Shown here: piece by piece, positions 13,040 to 24,385 of the stretch
Layout: each line of letters begins with the position of its first letter
Position numbering within the stretch: position 1 is the stretch's first letter
Assembly (NCBI GenBank): GCA_965153285.1
Contig: OZ229129.1
Source: Podarcis tiliguerta
Lineage: Eukaryota
DNA: 64,000 nucleotides
Direction: 5' to 3' (one strand)
Notes under the pieces: model-generated
Told to the model about the DNA's origin: nothing
The model's database searches: none
Seen by the model: only the letters and a program-made list of their open reading frames with translations
Translations under genes and position numbers: made by a program

Positions 13040-14360
13040 CAAAACCCGCACAGCGATGGTTAGGAGCATCGGTGGAGCGCATCGTTCCGATCCAGCATAC
13101 TCCAAAGCCCCGATACGATCCAGCAGTCAGAAAGGAAATACAGAATCCGGGTTTGTGGCAGACCCCTCCCCACTGTGCACCCTCCCCCTCCCCAGCCTCT
13201 GACGTCAATCAGAGGCGGACGAGCTCCTCCGAGCGCGGAACAAGACACCGACGTGCTCCTCTGGAAACACGCACGTCTCCCTTGCACGCTCGCTCTTCTT
13301 TCCCAGCCCCTGCACGATCCCATGCGCGCGCCCCTTCCAACCTGGTCTCTTGGTACTTGCACAGACACGCGCCCGGTGTGTTTCTTTTTGCCCCCTCACC
13401 CCAAACCTCCCTTTCCATAAATGTTCATCCATGCACGACGCGGAGACTATATCAAATTCCTCCACGCTCACTCCTTTCCACACTCCTTGCTTTTTGCACC
13501 CACGACCCCAACTCCACCCGGTGCAGGATTCAATCTCTCACTGGAGTAACGGGGGTCGGAGAGAAAGAGATGACCCCCTCGTGTGTCCCCCCCTCGACCA
13601 TCACCATCATTGCGCCCGCAGCTCTCCTTTTACGCGCCGCCTTTTTACGCACGGCCTCCGAGCGTACCGATAGGTTTCTTTCTTTAGGGCTAGCTTGCTC
13701 CTTCGCTTTGCATCCCGATCTCACCCCCTCCTTTCCCCAAAAAAGAACCCGAGCTTGGATTCACCTGACTTTGGCCGCCACCGACGCCACGGCCTCGTTG
13801 CGGAGCGAGCGGCGTTTGGAGACGGCCGTGCCCATCGTCCTCCTCGAAGCTCATCGCCGCCACCGCCGCGCGGAGCCGCCACTGCCGCTGTCACCACCGC
13901 CCATGCCGACCCCCACCCCCAACTCTGGGGACAGGCTGCGATCTCGGCTGCTGCTGCTGCCTCGGCGGGCCGAGCGGAGTCCGCCTCCTTCCAGGCAGAC
14001 CCCTGCGAGTGTCGCTGGAGGAGGAAGAGCCGGAGGAGGAGCCGCCGCCACGACTAGCCGCCCCTCGGCGCGCATCGCGGCTGCTCATTGACTGCGGCTC
14101 GGGCGCCACAGGAGAGACCTGACGGGGCGGGGTGCAGGAAGCCCAGGCTGTGCCATGCCTATATTTGGGGAGGCTCTGGAGCGGGGAGGGAAAGCGCCGG
14201 CAGTGGGATCGGTGGAGTGCTTCTGAGGTTGTGCAGAGTGCCCTGGCACCACCTTGACAGGAGGCGGCCGAGTGATCTTGTAATCCGAGGATACTGGCTC
14301 AACGCGGAAGCTCCGAGCCGGCTGGGTGCGTTGGCCGCAAGGCAGTCGCGATGCCCCTGA
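13040..14360. promoter_or_regulatory. NSMF: CpG island covering the NSMF promoter, 5' UTR and start of intron 1
   Basis: Very GC- and CpG-rich relative to flanks. Contains a GC box GGGGCGGGG (14124-14132), a CRE half-site TGACG (14120-14124), an AT-rich CCTATATTTGG element (14158-14168) and a full CRE TGACGTCA (13200-13207). Boundaries are approximate. Confidence 0.85.
13765..13835 (-). CDS. NSMF: NSMF (Jacob/NELF) first coding exon, 71 nt: MGTAVSKRRSLRNEAVASVAAKV(R)
   Basis: The translation matches the known NSMF N-terminus (human MGAAASRRRALRSEAMSSVAAKVR), including the Gly2 myristoylation-type start. Kozak context is strong (ACG-ATG-G) and the donor is AG|GTGAAT at 13764. It sits in a CpG island downstream of PNPLA7 on the same strand, as in mammals. 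Exon 2 was not found in the window. Confidence 0.95.
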
Positions 14361-15984
14361 GGAGATGCATGCTTGAATTAAATAAAGCTAGACCGACTCT
14401 TGTCCTGTGCAAAGGACAATGCCGTCTCTTAGATATGCGCCCTCACTGACTACATCCAAGCACTGAACTAGCATCGTAGCTCAGTGGTGGAACACCTGCT
14501 TTGCATGCAGAAGGTCCTAGGCTCATCACCCTAGGCTGCACGAAAAGTATTTATACAGGGAAGAGTACCCCTGTGAACATGCAAAGGTTCATTCTTTCAG
14601 TTCTTTCTTCAGCACTGCCAGCAACAGGAACTGGCTTTGACACTATCTGCTCCACTTCATTAAACTGTGGGCTACCAAAAATCATACACATCCTCTTGCC
14701 ACCATGAGACTGTTCCCTTATCAGATGATGCAGCGAGGGGCGGCGGGGGTGGGATAAAGCCCTGGTTCTTCACCGCTGCGGGAGAAAAAAGTCACAGGAT
14801 AGGGGACTACTTCTTCAGCCTGAAAAATCTCAGCTTTTTTCAAAACCAGGGACAAAGTTCCAGTCCTTAAGGCTGCAAATATATATCTGAAAGCAATGTA
14901 GCTGAATAAGACTCCTGGCTCCTTCTCCCTTCCCAATTATGCTCGCAAAACCAGTCTAAGTTATGCAATTAAGAGAAAGCATTGACATTCTGCAAAGTCA
15001 TCCAATTTGTGGGATTTATGGGGGGCAAAGAATTCTACTACAGTAACATAGTCAAACCCCCCCCCCAATAGATTGCACATACAAAGACTTGCTTATAATC
15101 TTGTTGGTTGCATCACCAAGTATGTGGTCTGAATACTCTTAAAACATTATATGAAAATGTGAAGTGTGGCTGTTAGTGCAGATTAGCAAGTCTCTTTAAC
15201 TGCACAGTACTGCATTCTGCTGCTTTTCTATGTGCAGGGAGCGCTTGTATTTGGAGAAGTGGATGTATCCCTCATATGAGCCCCCATTCACAGCCTGAAG
15301 TGCAGCAGCCCCAGTACAGTTTCATGACCTCCGTAAAAGGATTAAACCACTGGATAGAAATAGAAGGGTGTGAAGGTCAGGTCTCCCCACTGTATTCTCA
15401 CGCAAAAATAAATTATTCACCCTCTGATCAGCTTCTCACGTGCTGCGTTTCCTCACAGAATGAAACAGCCTGCTCTGTTCTTCAAACACACACACTTCCT
15501 CTCCAGGGAGTCTTATTTGTCTCAAAGCCATATGCTCACCCATATCCACCACCACACCCCAGTTGCAGGTAATTTGGCGCTGTGGAGCACTTGTCCTGAT
15601 TTGCTCAAAGCTGATGAGGTTAGACATGGTGTAGGATGGTCCATTTGGGGAAGTGGAGCAGTGCCCCACCAACCTCAGAATGTTCTCAGCCAGCTCCCAC
15701 CCACCTGCCTTCTTATGTTAAACCAGTCCAGGTAGATAGCCCTGGCTGTCTCCTTCTTCTTCTTCCTTAGTCTCAGCGTCACCACTTTATCTGCCTTCCA
15801 CCCAACTAGTCCCAAGGGGCACAGTCTGGAGGGATAAGGGCTCGCTGATTCACTCATTGTGGGCTGTTTACCTGTATTCTCCCTGGAAAAGGAGAAATGT
15901 GCCCACCATGACAGACTCTTCTTCCACGGTAATCTTGACCCCATTAACTTTTGGCTCCTGTCCACTCCTTTCCCAAAACTTGCA

Positions 15985-16405
15985 ACTAGATAAGCTGGAA
16001 CATGTGCAGAGGAGACCAGCCAAGATTCCCAAGGGTCTGGAAACCACACCTTGAGAAGAAAGGTTGAAGGTGTTCGGTATGTTTAGCCTGGAAAATAGAT
16101 GTGATAGCCATCTTCAAAGATACCTCAAGGGCTGTGCCACGGAAGATGTAGCAAGCTTGTTTTCTCCTGCTTGGGAGAGTAGGACTCAAACCAATGGCTT
16201 TAAGTTACAACAAATGAGATTTCGACTAAACATCAGGAATAACTTTCTGGCAGTAAGAGCTGTTTGGCAGTGGAATGGACCTTGGAGGTTTTTAAGCGGA
16301 GGTTGGATGGCCATCTGTCATAGATGCTTTACTTGAGATTCCTGCAATGCAGGAGGTTGGACTAGAGGACCCTTGATATCCCTTCCAACTCTACAATTCT
16401 ATGAT
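15985..16405 (+). mobile_element. CR1 LINE 3' fragment
   Basis: Degenerate ORF2 C-terminus (DKLEHVQRR..K..KGLE; F+L+IR.NFL.VRAV.QWN) and the CR1 terminal CCTTCCAACTCTACAATTCTATGAT. Confidence 0.85.
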
Positions 16406-16934
16406 CACTGTCATAAATAGAAATCAACATATCTCTAAGCAGGCCAATAGGCTGATGAATCAAGGGAGCAGCAGCACATCACCCAATCAATTGTGTGCAG
16501 CACACACAGCTGTCCCTTCTGCATGCTACATTTTCACAGTCTTCACATTTTCTCAGCTAATCCCAAGTACGTCTTAGGTGCACATCAGAGCTAAACAAAA
16601 GATCCCTTGGGAAGTGTCCAAGACAGTCAGAGGAGATGTGATTTGGAGCCTCCCCTTTGTGCAAAGAGGGGGAGCCCCAAAGAAAACCAAACATACCTGC
16701 CTTTGTTTTCATGCAGAATGATCAGTGCAGGATATTTTAGTTTCCCAACAAACAAACACAAAACAATTGGTTTCTGAGTTGTTGCACAGAAAAAACTAAG
16801 AGCTCCATTAATGGATCCAAAAATTATTTCATTTTTAGGTTCTAACAGGAAGGGCACTTGCTAATACTGTATATAGATGCAGAAATAGATAAAGTATTTT
16901 TAAAGTTAATTTTATCATACATGTTATTTACTAA

Positions 16935-17590
16935 TCATATTATTTATTTATTTCATACTGCTTGATTGTAAATAACAAACGAACCCTTAAAGCAGTTTAT
17001 GAAAAGAGAGACTATCTGTAAAAACATTTTTTTAAAAAAGCAGTTTAAAACAGTCAAATAATAATTAAAATCAGTGATAAGCTAAACAAAAATTAAAACA
17101 TTCTATATATCTGGGTAGGCTTGTCTAAGCAATAATGTTTTATGCAGGCTCCAAAACGAGTAACAGTGAGGCACCTGCCTAATTGTCAATAGGTGCTGCC
17201 ACCTATCGATTTCTTACAAATATGGAACAGGTATTATGTGGTGGCACCTGTAATAGGGCCAATTCTGCAGGTCAAAGCAGTTGAGTGGGCACATGTGGGG
17301 AAAGGCAACCTCTCCAGTTAACTAGTCCCAGGTTGTTAAGGGCTTTATATTCTAATAGTAACACCTTGAACTTGGCCCAGTAGCAAATCAGCAACCAGTG
17401 CAGGCCTCTGAGCTGAGGTGTTACACGCTGAGGGGCTCACTCCTGTCAGCAACCTTGATGCAGTATTGTCCTCATATTACAATTTATATCTGGTTCAGCA
17501 ATTGCACATAAAATGAAAAAAGAAGATCTTTCTACACAAATTTCCCAGTCTGATACCACGTTTATAATTAATCTTTTGACGTACATACAG
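16935..17590 (-). mobile_element. L2-type LINE 3' fragment, degenerate
   Basis: LHWL-encoding CTGCACTGGTTG on the minus strand near 17392-17403 and an (ATAA)n tail near 16940. Boundaries are approximate. Confidence 0.55.
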
Positions 17591-17624
<34 letters not shown>

Positions 17625-17628
<4 letters not shown>

Positions 17629-17970
17629 GGGACCCCTGACCATTAGGTCCAGTCGTGACCGACTCTGGGGTTGCAGCGCTCATCTCGCTTTATTGGCCGA
17701 GGGAGCTGGCGTACAGCTTCCAGGTCACATGGCCAGCATGACTAAGCCGCTTCTGACGAACCAGAGCAGCGCACGGAAATGCTGTTTACCTTCCGACTGG
17801 AGCTGTACCTATTTATCTACTTGCACTTTGACGTGCTTTCGAACTGCTAGGTTGGCAGGAGCAGGGACTGAGCAACGGGAGCTCACCCCGTCATGGGGAT
17901 TTGAACTGCCAACCTTCTGATCGGCAAGTCCTAGGCTCTGTGGTTTAACCCGCAGCGCCACCCGCGTCCC
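17625..17970 (-). mobile_element. Full-length Sauria SINE; tail joined to a (CA)n microsatellite at 17593-17624
   Basis: Head GGGACGCGGGTGGCGCTG and a complete body. Degenerate TSD TACATACAGACT/TACATATAAACT. Confidence 0.88.
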
Positions 17971-18066
17971 TACATATAAACTTTAAATAAATTATTGTTT
18001 AAACATGGTGAACCCATAGCTTTTGGGGTTTTTTTTTTGGGGGGGGGGAACCTAACCCAAAGCTAG

Positions 18067-19094
18067 TTTTGTTTTTTTAAAAATAATTTTTATTAAGTTT
18101 TACATTTTGACTTCAACACAATCATCATTATCACAGGAAAAAACCAAAGCATATGCAAGTCCCAATCTCCCCCCTCCCCACTCCTCTCCTGACTTCCCTC
18201 AAATTCCTCTTCTGGTTCTTTAAATATCAGTTTCTCCTGCTTGTTTTATTCTGCCTTAATTTTGTATTCTTTTGGCTAAATGTCATTGCATTCTTGTCAT
18301 TTTTATACCACATTTTTCAAAATTACATCTCACGTTTTATTATTTTCCCAGTTATTGCCTCTTAGTTTTTATGCTCGTTTTCTTAATTGTAAGTGCTTAG
18401 TCAAACCCTGCTAGTGAGTCCACTTCTTTACACTGTTTCTGTAAGTACATCATAAATGGTTCCCATTCTTTTTTTTAAAGTCTCTGTTGTCCTTGTCTCT
18501 AAGTTTTCCAGTGAGCTTCGCCATTTCAGCATATTTCATCAGTTTTACTTGCCATTCTTCTTTTGTTGGTATCTTGTCATCTTTCCATTTTTGGGCTAGT
18601 AATATCCTAGCCAATGTTCTAAAGGTACCCCTGCCCGTACGGGCCAGTAGTGTCCGACTCTAGGGTTGTGCGCCCATCTCACTTAAGAGGCCGGGGGCCA
18701 GCGCTGTCCGAAGACACTTCCGGGTCACGTGGCCAGCGTGACAAGCTGCATCTGGCGAGCCAGCACCAGCGCAGCACACGGAAACGCCGTTTACCTTCCC
18801 TCTAGAAAGCGGTCCCTATTTATCTACTTGCACTTAAGAGTGCTTTCGAACTGCTAGATGGGCAGGAGCTGGGACCGAACGATGGGAGCGCACCCCGCCG
18901 CGGGGATTCGAACCGCCAACCATGCGATTGGCAAGTCCTAGGCGCTGAGGTTTTACCCACAGCGCCACCCGCGTCCCTTAGCCAATGTTCTAGCAAACAT
19001 AAATAAAAACTATTTATGTATGCTAGAACATGAGCTAGGATATTTTTTTGACCTGCAATGCCTAGCAATAAAGCTTCTGGTCTTTTAACAAATG
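18067..19094 (-). mobile_element. 5'-truncated L1 (ORF2 end plus 3' UTR) interrupted by a Sauria SINE
   Basis: Encodes KRPEALLLGI..., KW..KL..Y.EMAKLT-type C-terminus. A-rich tail and 10-bp TSD CCAAAGCTAG (18057-18066, 19095-19104). Confidence 0.75.
18622..18978 (-). mobile_element. Sauria SINE, distinct CpG-rich (young) subfamily
   Basis: Perfect 14-bp TSD TAGCCAATGTTCTA (18608-18621, 18979-18992). Intact A and B boxes; diagnostic differences from the other copies. Confidence 0.9.
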
Positions 19095-19548
19095 CCAAAG
19101 CTAGCTTTTTTTAAAAAATGTATTTTTATTAAAGATTTTCTTGGTTTACAAAAGTATGTACAATGTCTCTCTCTCTTGAGCTGTTTCCGTATGGCAAGCC
19201 TAGTCTTGGTGACAGAGTGCCAGTCAGAATAGAACATAATAACATAAGGAGAGCCTGCTGGGTGAGGCCAATGGCCCATCTAGCATCCTGTTCTCACAGT
19301 GGCCAGCCAGATGCTCCTTACGGGAAACCAGCAAGCAGAACCTGAGCACAAGAGCAGTCTCCAGCAGCTGGCATTCGGAAGCACTGCTGCCCAGGACTGT
19401 GGAGGGAGAGCTTCGCCATCATGGCTAGTAGCTATCAACAGCCCTCTCCTCCAAAAACTGGTCTAGAGTAATCCTCTTTTAAAGCCAATCCACGTTGGTA
19501 GTCCATTACCGCCACCAATGCTGTTTCAGTATGCACTGTGTGAGATCC

Positions 19549-20114
19549 AGTGCTGAAGGCCTTCTGGCAGTTCCCTCATTGTGAGAAGTGAGGTTACAGG
19601 GAACCAGACAGGGGGCCTTCTTGGTAGTGGCGCCCGCCCTGTGAAACCCTCCCACCAGATGTGAAGAAATAAGCAGCTATCTGCGTAGCGTGGGGGTGCA
19701 GGGGGGGCCGGCCGCACCGGGTGCAACATCTGGGGGGGGCGCTCGCACTCGCAGCTCTCTGCCCCTACCTGGCTCACTCACTCTCTCTCACTGCAGTGTT
19801 GGCTGTGCAAATCCGATCCGAGCCGCCGGGTCACTGCCCGCTGTGGGGGGGGGTGCCAGGCATGCGGTGCGGTGCGGAGAGAGAGCGAGGGACTATCTGG
19901 GGGAGGGACAGTGCAGCAGGGGGCGCAAATTACTTGCCTTGCCCCGGGTGCTGACAACCCACGCAACGCCACTGGCTATCTTCTCTTTAAAAGACATCTG
20001 ACGGTTTAGGGAACTTTTTAATATTTAATGCTGTATTGTTTTTAACACTTGATTGGAAGCCGCCCAGAGTGGCTGGGGAAACTCAGCCAGATGGGCAGGG
20101 TATAAATAATAAAA

Positions 20115-20152
<38 letters not shown>

Positions 20153-20180
20153 TACTATTACTACTAATACTAATACTACT
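19549..20180 (+). mobile_element. L2-type LINE 3' end with (TTA)n tail, interrupted by a hAT MITE
   Basis: AFxVVAP.LW-like terminal motif near 19615-19645, 3' UTR AGCCGCCCAGAGTGGCTGGGG and (TTA)n tail at 20117-20180. Confidence 0.7.
19683..19974. mobile_element. hAT MITE, same family as 11722-11868, longer variant with the left TIR clipped
   Basis: Shares ends with the 11722 element. TSD remnant GCTATCT (19676-19682) versus GCTATCTT (19975-19982). Confidence 0.8.
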
Positions 20181-23100
20181 TCGTTTTATCTGTTCTGAAT
20201 CTTCCAACAATAAATAAATTAGACTGTGCTAAGCGGACCGCTGGTCTGATCTATGGTGGCACAGAGGTCAGTGAATGGTGGTGTGGCTAGCCTGGGCTGG
20301 TGGTGGTGGGGCTACCAAGCCCTTGGACTCTCAGTCAATGCCCGACGTAGCTGACCGCTGGCACCTGGCCTAGCCAGGACCCCACCAACAGACGAAGGGA
20401 GCTGCCTGAGGAAACCTGTGCCAACCTGATAATCCAATATAGCATTGCATGGGTCTTTCCAGGCTGCCTTCAGCACTGACCAGATCAGGGGTGCCCTGAA
20501 TAAAGGGGGAGGTGAGGCGAGGTAATTTGAACGGCAAGGCTCATCAACTTTGAGGGCTCCCGGCGAGGCCCCTTCGGCCCCTAGGGACCAGATTCGGCCC
20601 ACTTAAACTTCAGCAAAGTGGCTGCAAGGGGGACTTTTGTTTCTTTGAATCGCTTATCCAGGACGACGACAACCACCAGAGCATCCGCACTGCTACCTGC
20701 CAGTCACAGCCGAAGTTTTCAGACAAATAGATCCCCGCCCGCTGATCAGGCTTCACGCCCCCTGAGCAGATGTTCCCCCAAGACGACCCGCCCCCCCTTT
20801 CGTTCCCAGCGAGGCGGCACGATCGATCAATCAAGGGCTGAGACGCGGCTGTGCTCCAAACCCGCTCATTAGCGAACACCCAAATATCATAATTGGAAGG
20901 GAATTATGCCAATCAGGGAAATGTGCGTCTGTTTACTCTGCATGTTGTGATTTTCTGGGTTGTTTCGGCGTTGGGGGAAGAGAACAGCGATGATACAGGG
21001 AGATGGGTCAAGGGGAGCGAGTGGTCTCACAAGGTCGGGTTGCCGATTTCAAAAATCGGGTGGGTGGGGCCAGAGGGCGGGGCCAAGGCAGAACAGGTGG
21101 AATGTGACAGCCTCGTGGACAGAACCTCGTGGGTTCTGCCACCTGGACATCCCGCTCTCCACTCAAAGCCATTTTGATCTTTTATCCTGGGATAATGAAA
21201 GGTAGGCTCTAATTACTGCCACCATTTTCACAAAAGGCCCCTATGCCTTTAACCTTACCACGGCACGATCGGCAGAAATTCAAAGGGCAAAGGCTTCTAT
21301 CTGCAAAAGCTTTCCGTAATGAATTTCTGGCCCTTGCACAAGCTTTGAAGTTTATAAAAACCAAAGGAACCTTGCTCACGCAATTTATGGCGCGCGGGAG
21401 TCTCTGTTATTCTCAACCCGCACGAAACAGGACTCCATTATATACCCATTTTGCAGATTGGGGACCAAGGTCTAGCAGACAGTGATGTGCCCACACAAGT
21501 CCTACGTGATAGAGCTTGAACCTCAAACCAGATGTTGGAGTTCCAGGCTCCGGGCACTGACTTTTTTGCCCATTGAGCTGGTGTCAAAGGCGGAGCACCT
21601 CGAGCCACGTTGTTTTTCTGGTCAGTTGGCAACCCTCCTGTCTTATGCCTCTTCTGGACAAGAACATAAACATCTCTCGCCCTCTAAAATTGGCAGGATG
21701 GCCTGGAAGAGTACCAGCCCCTCCTCCTGTCTGGCGTTCCTTATATTTCTTTTCACTTACCCTCTTTCACGGTTTCCAAGCTCCGCTTCTGCTCTCCAGG
21801 GGAGAACGGCCAACGGAGCAATTAACTTGATCTCAGTCCATCAGAGGATGAGAGCGAGGCGGGGAAGAGGAAGAGGAGGGAGGGGAGAGAGAAACCGTTT
21901 GCAAACGGGGGTCGCGATAGATAAGCAAAGTTATGTTTTCGTCAGAATTGTCGCCATATTACAGTGGTTATAAGCCTTGCCATGCACTCTTTGAGTGGTT
22001 CCGCATACCTGGAATGTGTCCCTGAGCTCTGATAATGCTTCTCGCTGCCTGGATAGAGGACTGAGACATGTGCGTGTCTGTAGAAACTAGCCTACTGTAC
22101 AAAAGGGAAACTTCGCATTCTTTGTTCCACCTGCTTCTGCCTAACAACAGAACAACAACAAATTGATTTGCAATTAGATGGTATTGCCCCTTTCTTCCCC
22201 AATAGAAGCCCCTGCAGAGAAAGTGAACAGCTCAGGATTAGCAAATTCCATTTTATTTTCTTAAAATTTTAAAGAAGCGTTCTGCTGCGGTCTAGCACAG
22301 GAATGGGGAACACCTCAGGCCTAGAAGCCAAATGCAGCCCTTCGGGTCTCTCTGTCTGGTTCTTAGGCCCCTCCCCAGACCACACCTCTCACCAGTCTTG
22401 CTTCACACTTTACTTTAGTGTTTCCAGCCTGGCTGGGACTTGTCCTTCACTTGCCAGGACAGAGGTCTTTGTGTGTGTGTGTGTGTGTTTTTGTTAAAGC
22501 TGCCTATCGTACAAAGGTAAAATCTGTATTTTTTGCTCTGCCCACTAGTCCCCCCCACCCCTGGCATATGGCCCCCAGAAGGGAGTGCGGCCCCTAGGGA
22601 CGGATAAGGTTCCCCACCCCTGCTTTGATTGCTCATATTGGGTTCAATCAGCTTGAAAGACAAGGAAAGAGGAGGTCACTGAGCCCTGACATAGCTGGCT
22701 TTTTATTGCCAGCAACATTAATAAACCTCCCAATGAAATTAAAAGGATAATGGGCACTGGATGCCAACATTGTTTTGATGGATCTCCTCGAGGATATATT
22801 AAGACAAGAGGACGTGGGAATCATTTTAAAATGTAATGACTGCAGCAAAATTATTAATTGCAGAGCGTTGGAGGCAACATAAAGATACCAACAAACTGGA
22901 ATGTGTGTTTTTTAAAAAACAACAACCACCACCAGGAATCTCTCATGTTGACATCTTTGATTATTAGAAATGGTAGAAGAGGAAAGCCAAATAAGTTAAA
23001 ATGAAGAGGTGCTTCCAGATGTTGCTGAACCACAACTTCCATCAGCCCTAGCAAGCATGGCCAATGGCACACAATGATGGTTGTTGTAGTTCAGCAACAT

Positions 23101-23831
23101 CTGGAAGGCCACAGGCCTGCAGTGAATTTATTAGCTTAGGGGAGGGCTGCCCCCCCCCAGGTGTTGCAGGACTACAGATCTCAACTGTCCCAGCTGGCAT
23201 GAGTGATGGTGAGAACTACAGTCCAGCAACATATAGACACCACCTTGGCCAACCGTGGCTTTAGACTATATAAGGCAATGGTGGATGGAGGAAGAGATCA
23301 GTTTTCTGAAATGTGTTTATGTGCATGTGTATTTAAATTTAAACAGGTTTCTGGTCCTCATGAAGATATGCTTACAGGTGCATCATGTTACATGCTCATA
23401 GGCAGCATAGCAAGGTTGTGTGGTGTCTTGCGTGGGATGAAACGCTTCTATGGTACAGCTTGACGAAACCGGAAGTCTTCAAATGCTGAACAGCAGGGGA
23501 ACATTGTGTATGTGAGTATGTGTGTGTTTTCACAAAGAATATGGTACTTCAGAGATTATCAGTGTGTAGGCAATGGGGAGATGGAATTCAAATGTGACAT
23601 TTCTTCCCACCCTAAAGAAACAGATGGATGAGTTGGGACACTGGCACAGTCTCTGAATATGGATAGATTTCACTCACGTCCCGATTAAATGCATCAGAGG
23701 GCAGAACAGAACCTTCCCCTAAGTCAAGCTGGCTGGTGCCACGTAGGGATGGCTGCATTAGTAGCCAGTGCCCCTTGAGTCTGGTAGCACAGAAGGCAGG
23801 GAGCCTGAAGAGCAGGAGTCAATGCCAATGA

Positions 23832-24385
23832 CAAGAACATAAGAAGAGCTCTGCTGGATCAGGCCAGTGGTCCATCTGTTCTCACAGGGGCCAGCCAGAT
23901 GCAACAGTGGGAAGCCCACAATGGATATGCAAAGAAGAGCAACTATCTCCTCCTGTGGCTTCCAGCAACTGATATTCCAAAGTATTACTGCTTCCAAAGA
24001 GTCAGAGCATATCCATTATGACTAGTAGCAACTGACAATATTATTACCCTCCATGGAGGTGTCCCAATTTGATTCAAAGCCCTCCAAGTTGGTGGGCATC
24101 ACGGCCTCCTGCTGGAACAAGTTCCATAGTTTTAACTATACGTTGCATGAAGAAGTACGATAAGTGCTTTCTTTTATCTGTTCTGAATCTTCCAACATCC
24201 AGGTTCACTGGGTACCCACAAGTTCCATTGTTAACGGAGAGGAGGAAAAACTTTTCTCTCTCCACTCTTTCTATCCCACACATCATTTTGTAAACTTATA
24301 TCATGTTGCCTCAAAACACTGCCACGTTTTCTCATGGGGGGCGGGGAGTCGCTCCATCGCCTTGATCATTTCAGTTGCCTTTTTC
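23832..24385 (-). mobile_element. CR1-clade LINE 3' fragment (AAGAACATAAGAAGAG-tailed family). Other 3' ends near 1320, 5915, 8890, 19230, 28780, 35580, 40885 and 61605
   Basis: Minus-strand translation GIERVEREKFF...GRFRTDKRK..FFMQRIVK. Shared terminal sequence CTGCTGGATCAGGCCA. Confidence 0.7.

Noticed and set aside
13072-14091. 339-aa plus-strand ORF, the longest in the window
   Set aside because: Low-complexity P/R/A/S-rich translation antisense to NSMF exon 1 inside a GC-rich island where stop codons are scarce. The ORF begins at GTG and has no recognisable domain.
14474-14525. tRNA-Ala-like sequence near the NSMF promoter
   Set aside because: Truncated, with a broken T-arm and acceptor stem. 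It matches the head of the tRNA-Ala-derived SINE repeated throughout the window.
15240-15980. Unique-looking sequence with minus-strand ORFs (e.g. ..ARAIYLDWFNIRR..) as a possible pseudogene
   Set aside because: No recognisable protein, consistent frame or splice structure. A blastx search would be needed to revisit it.
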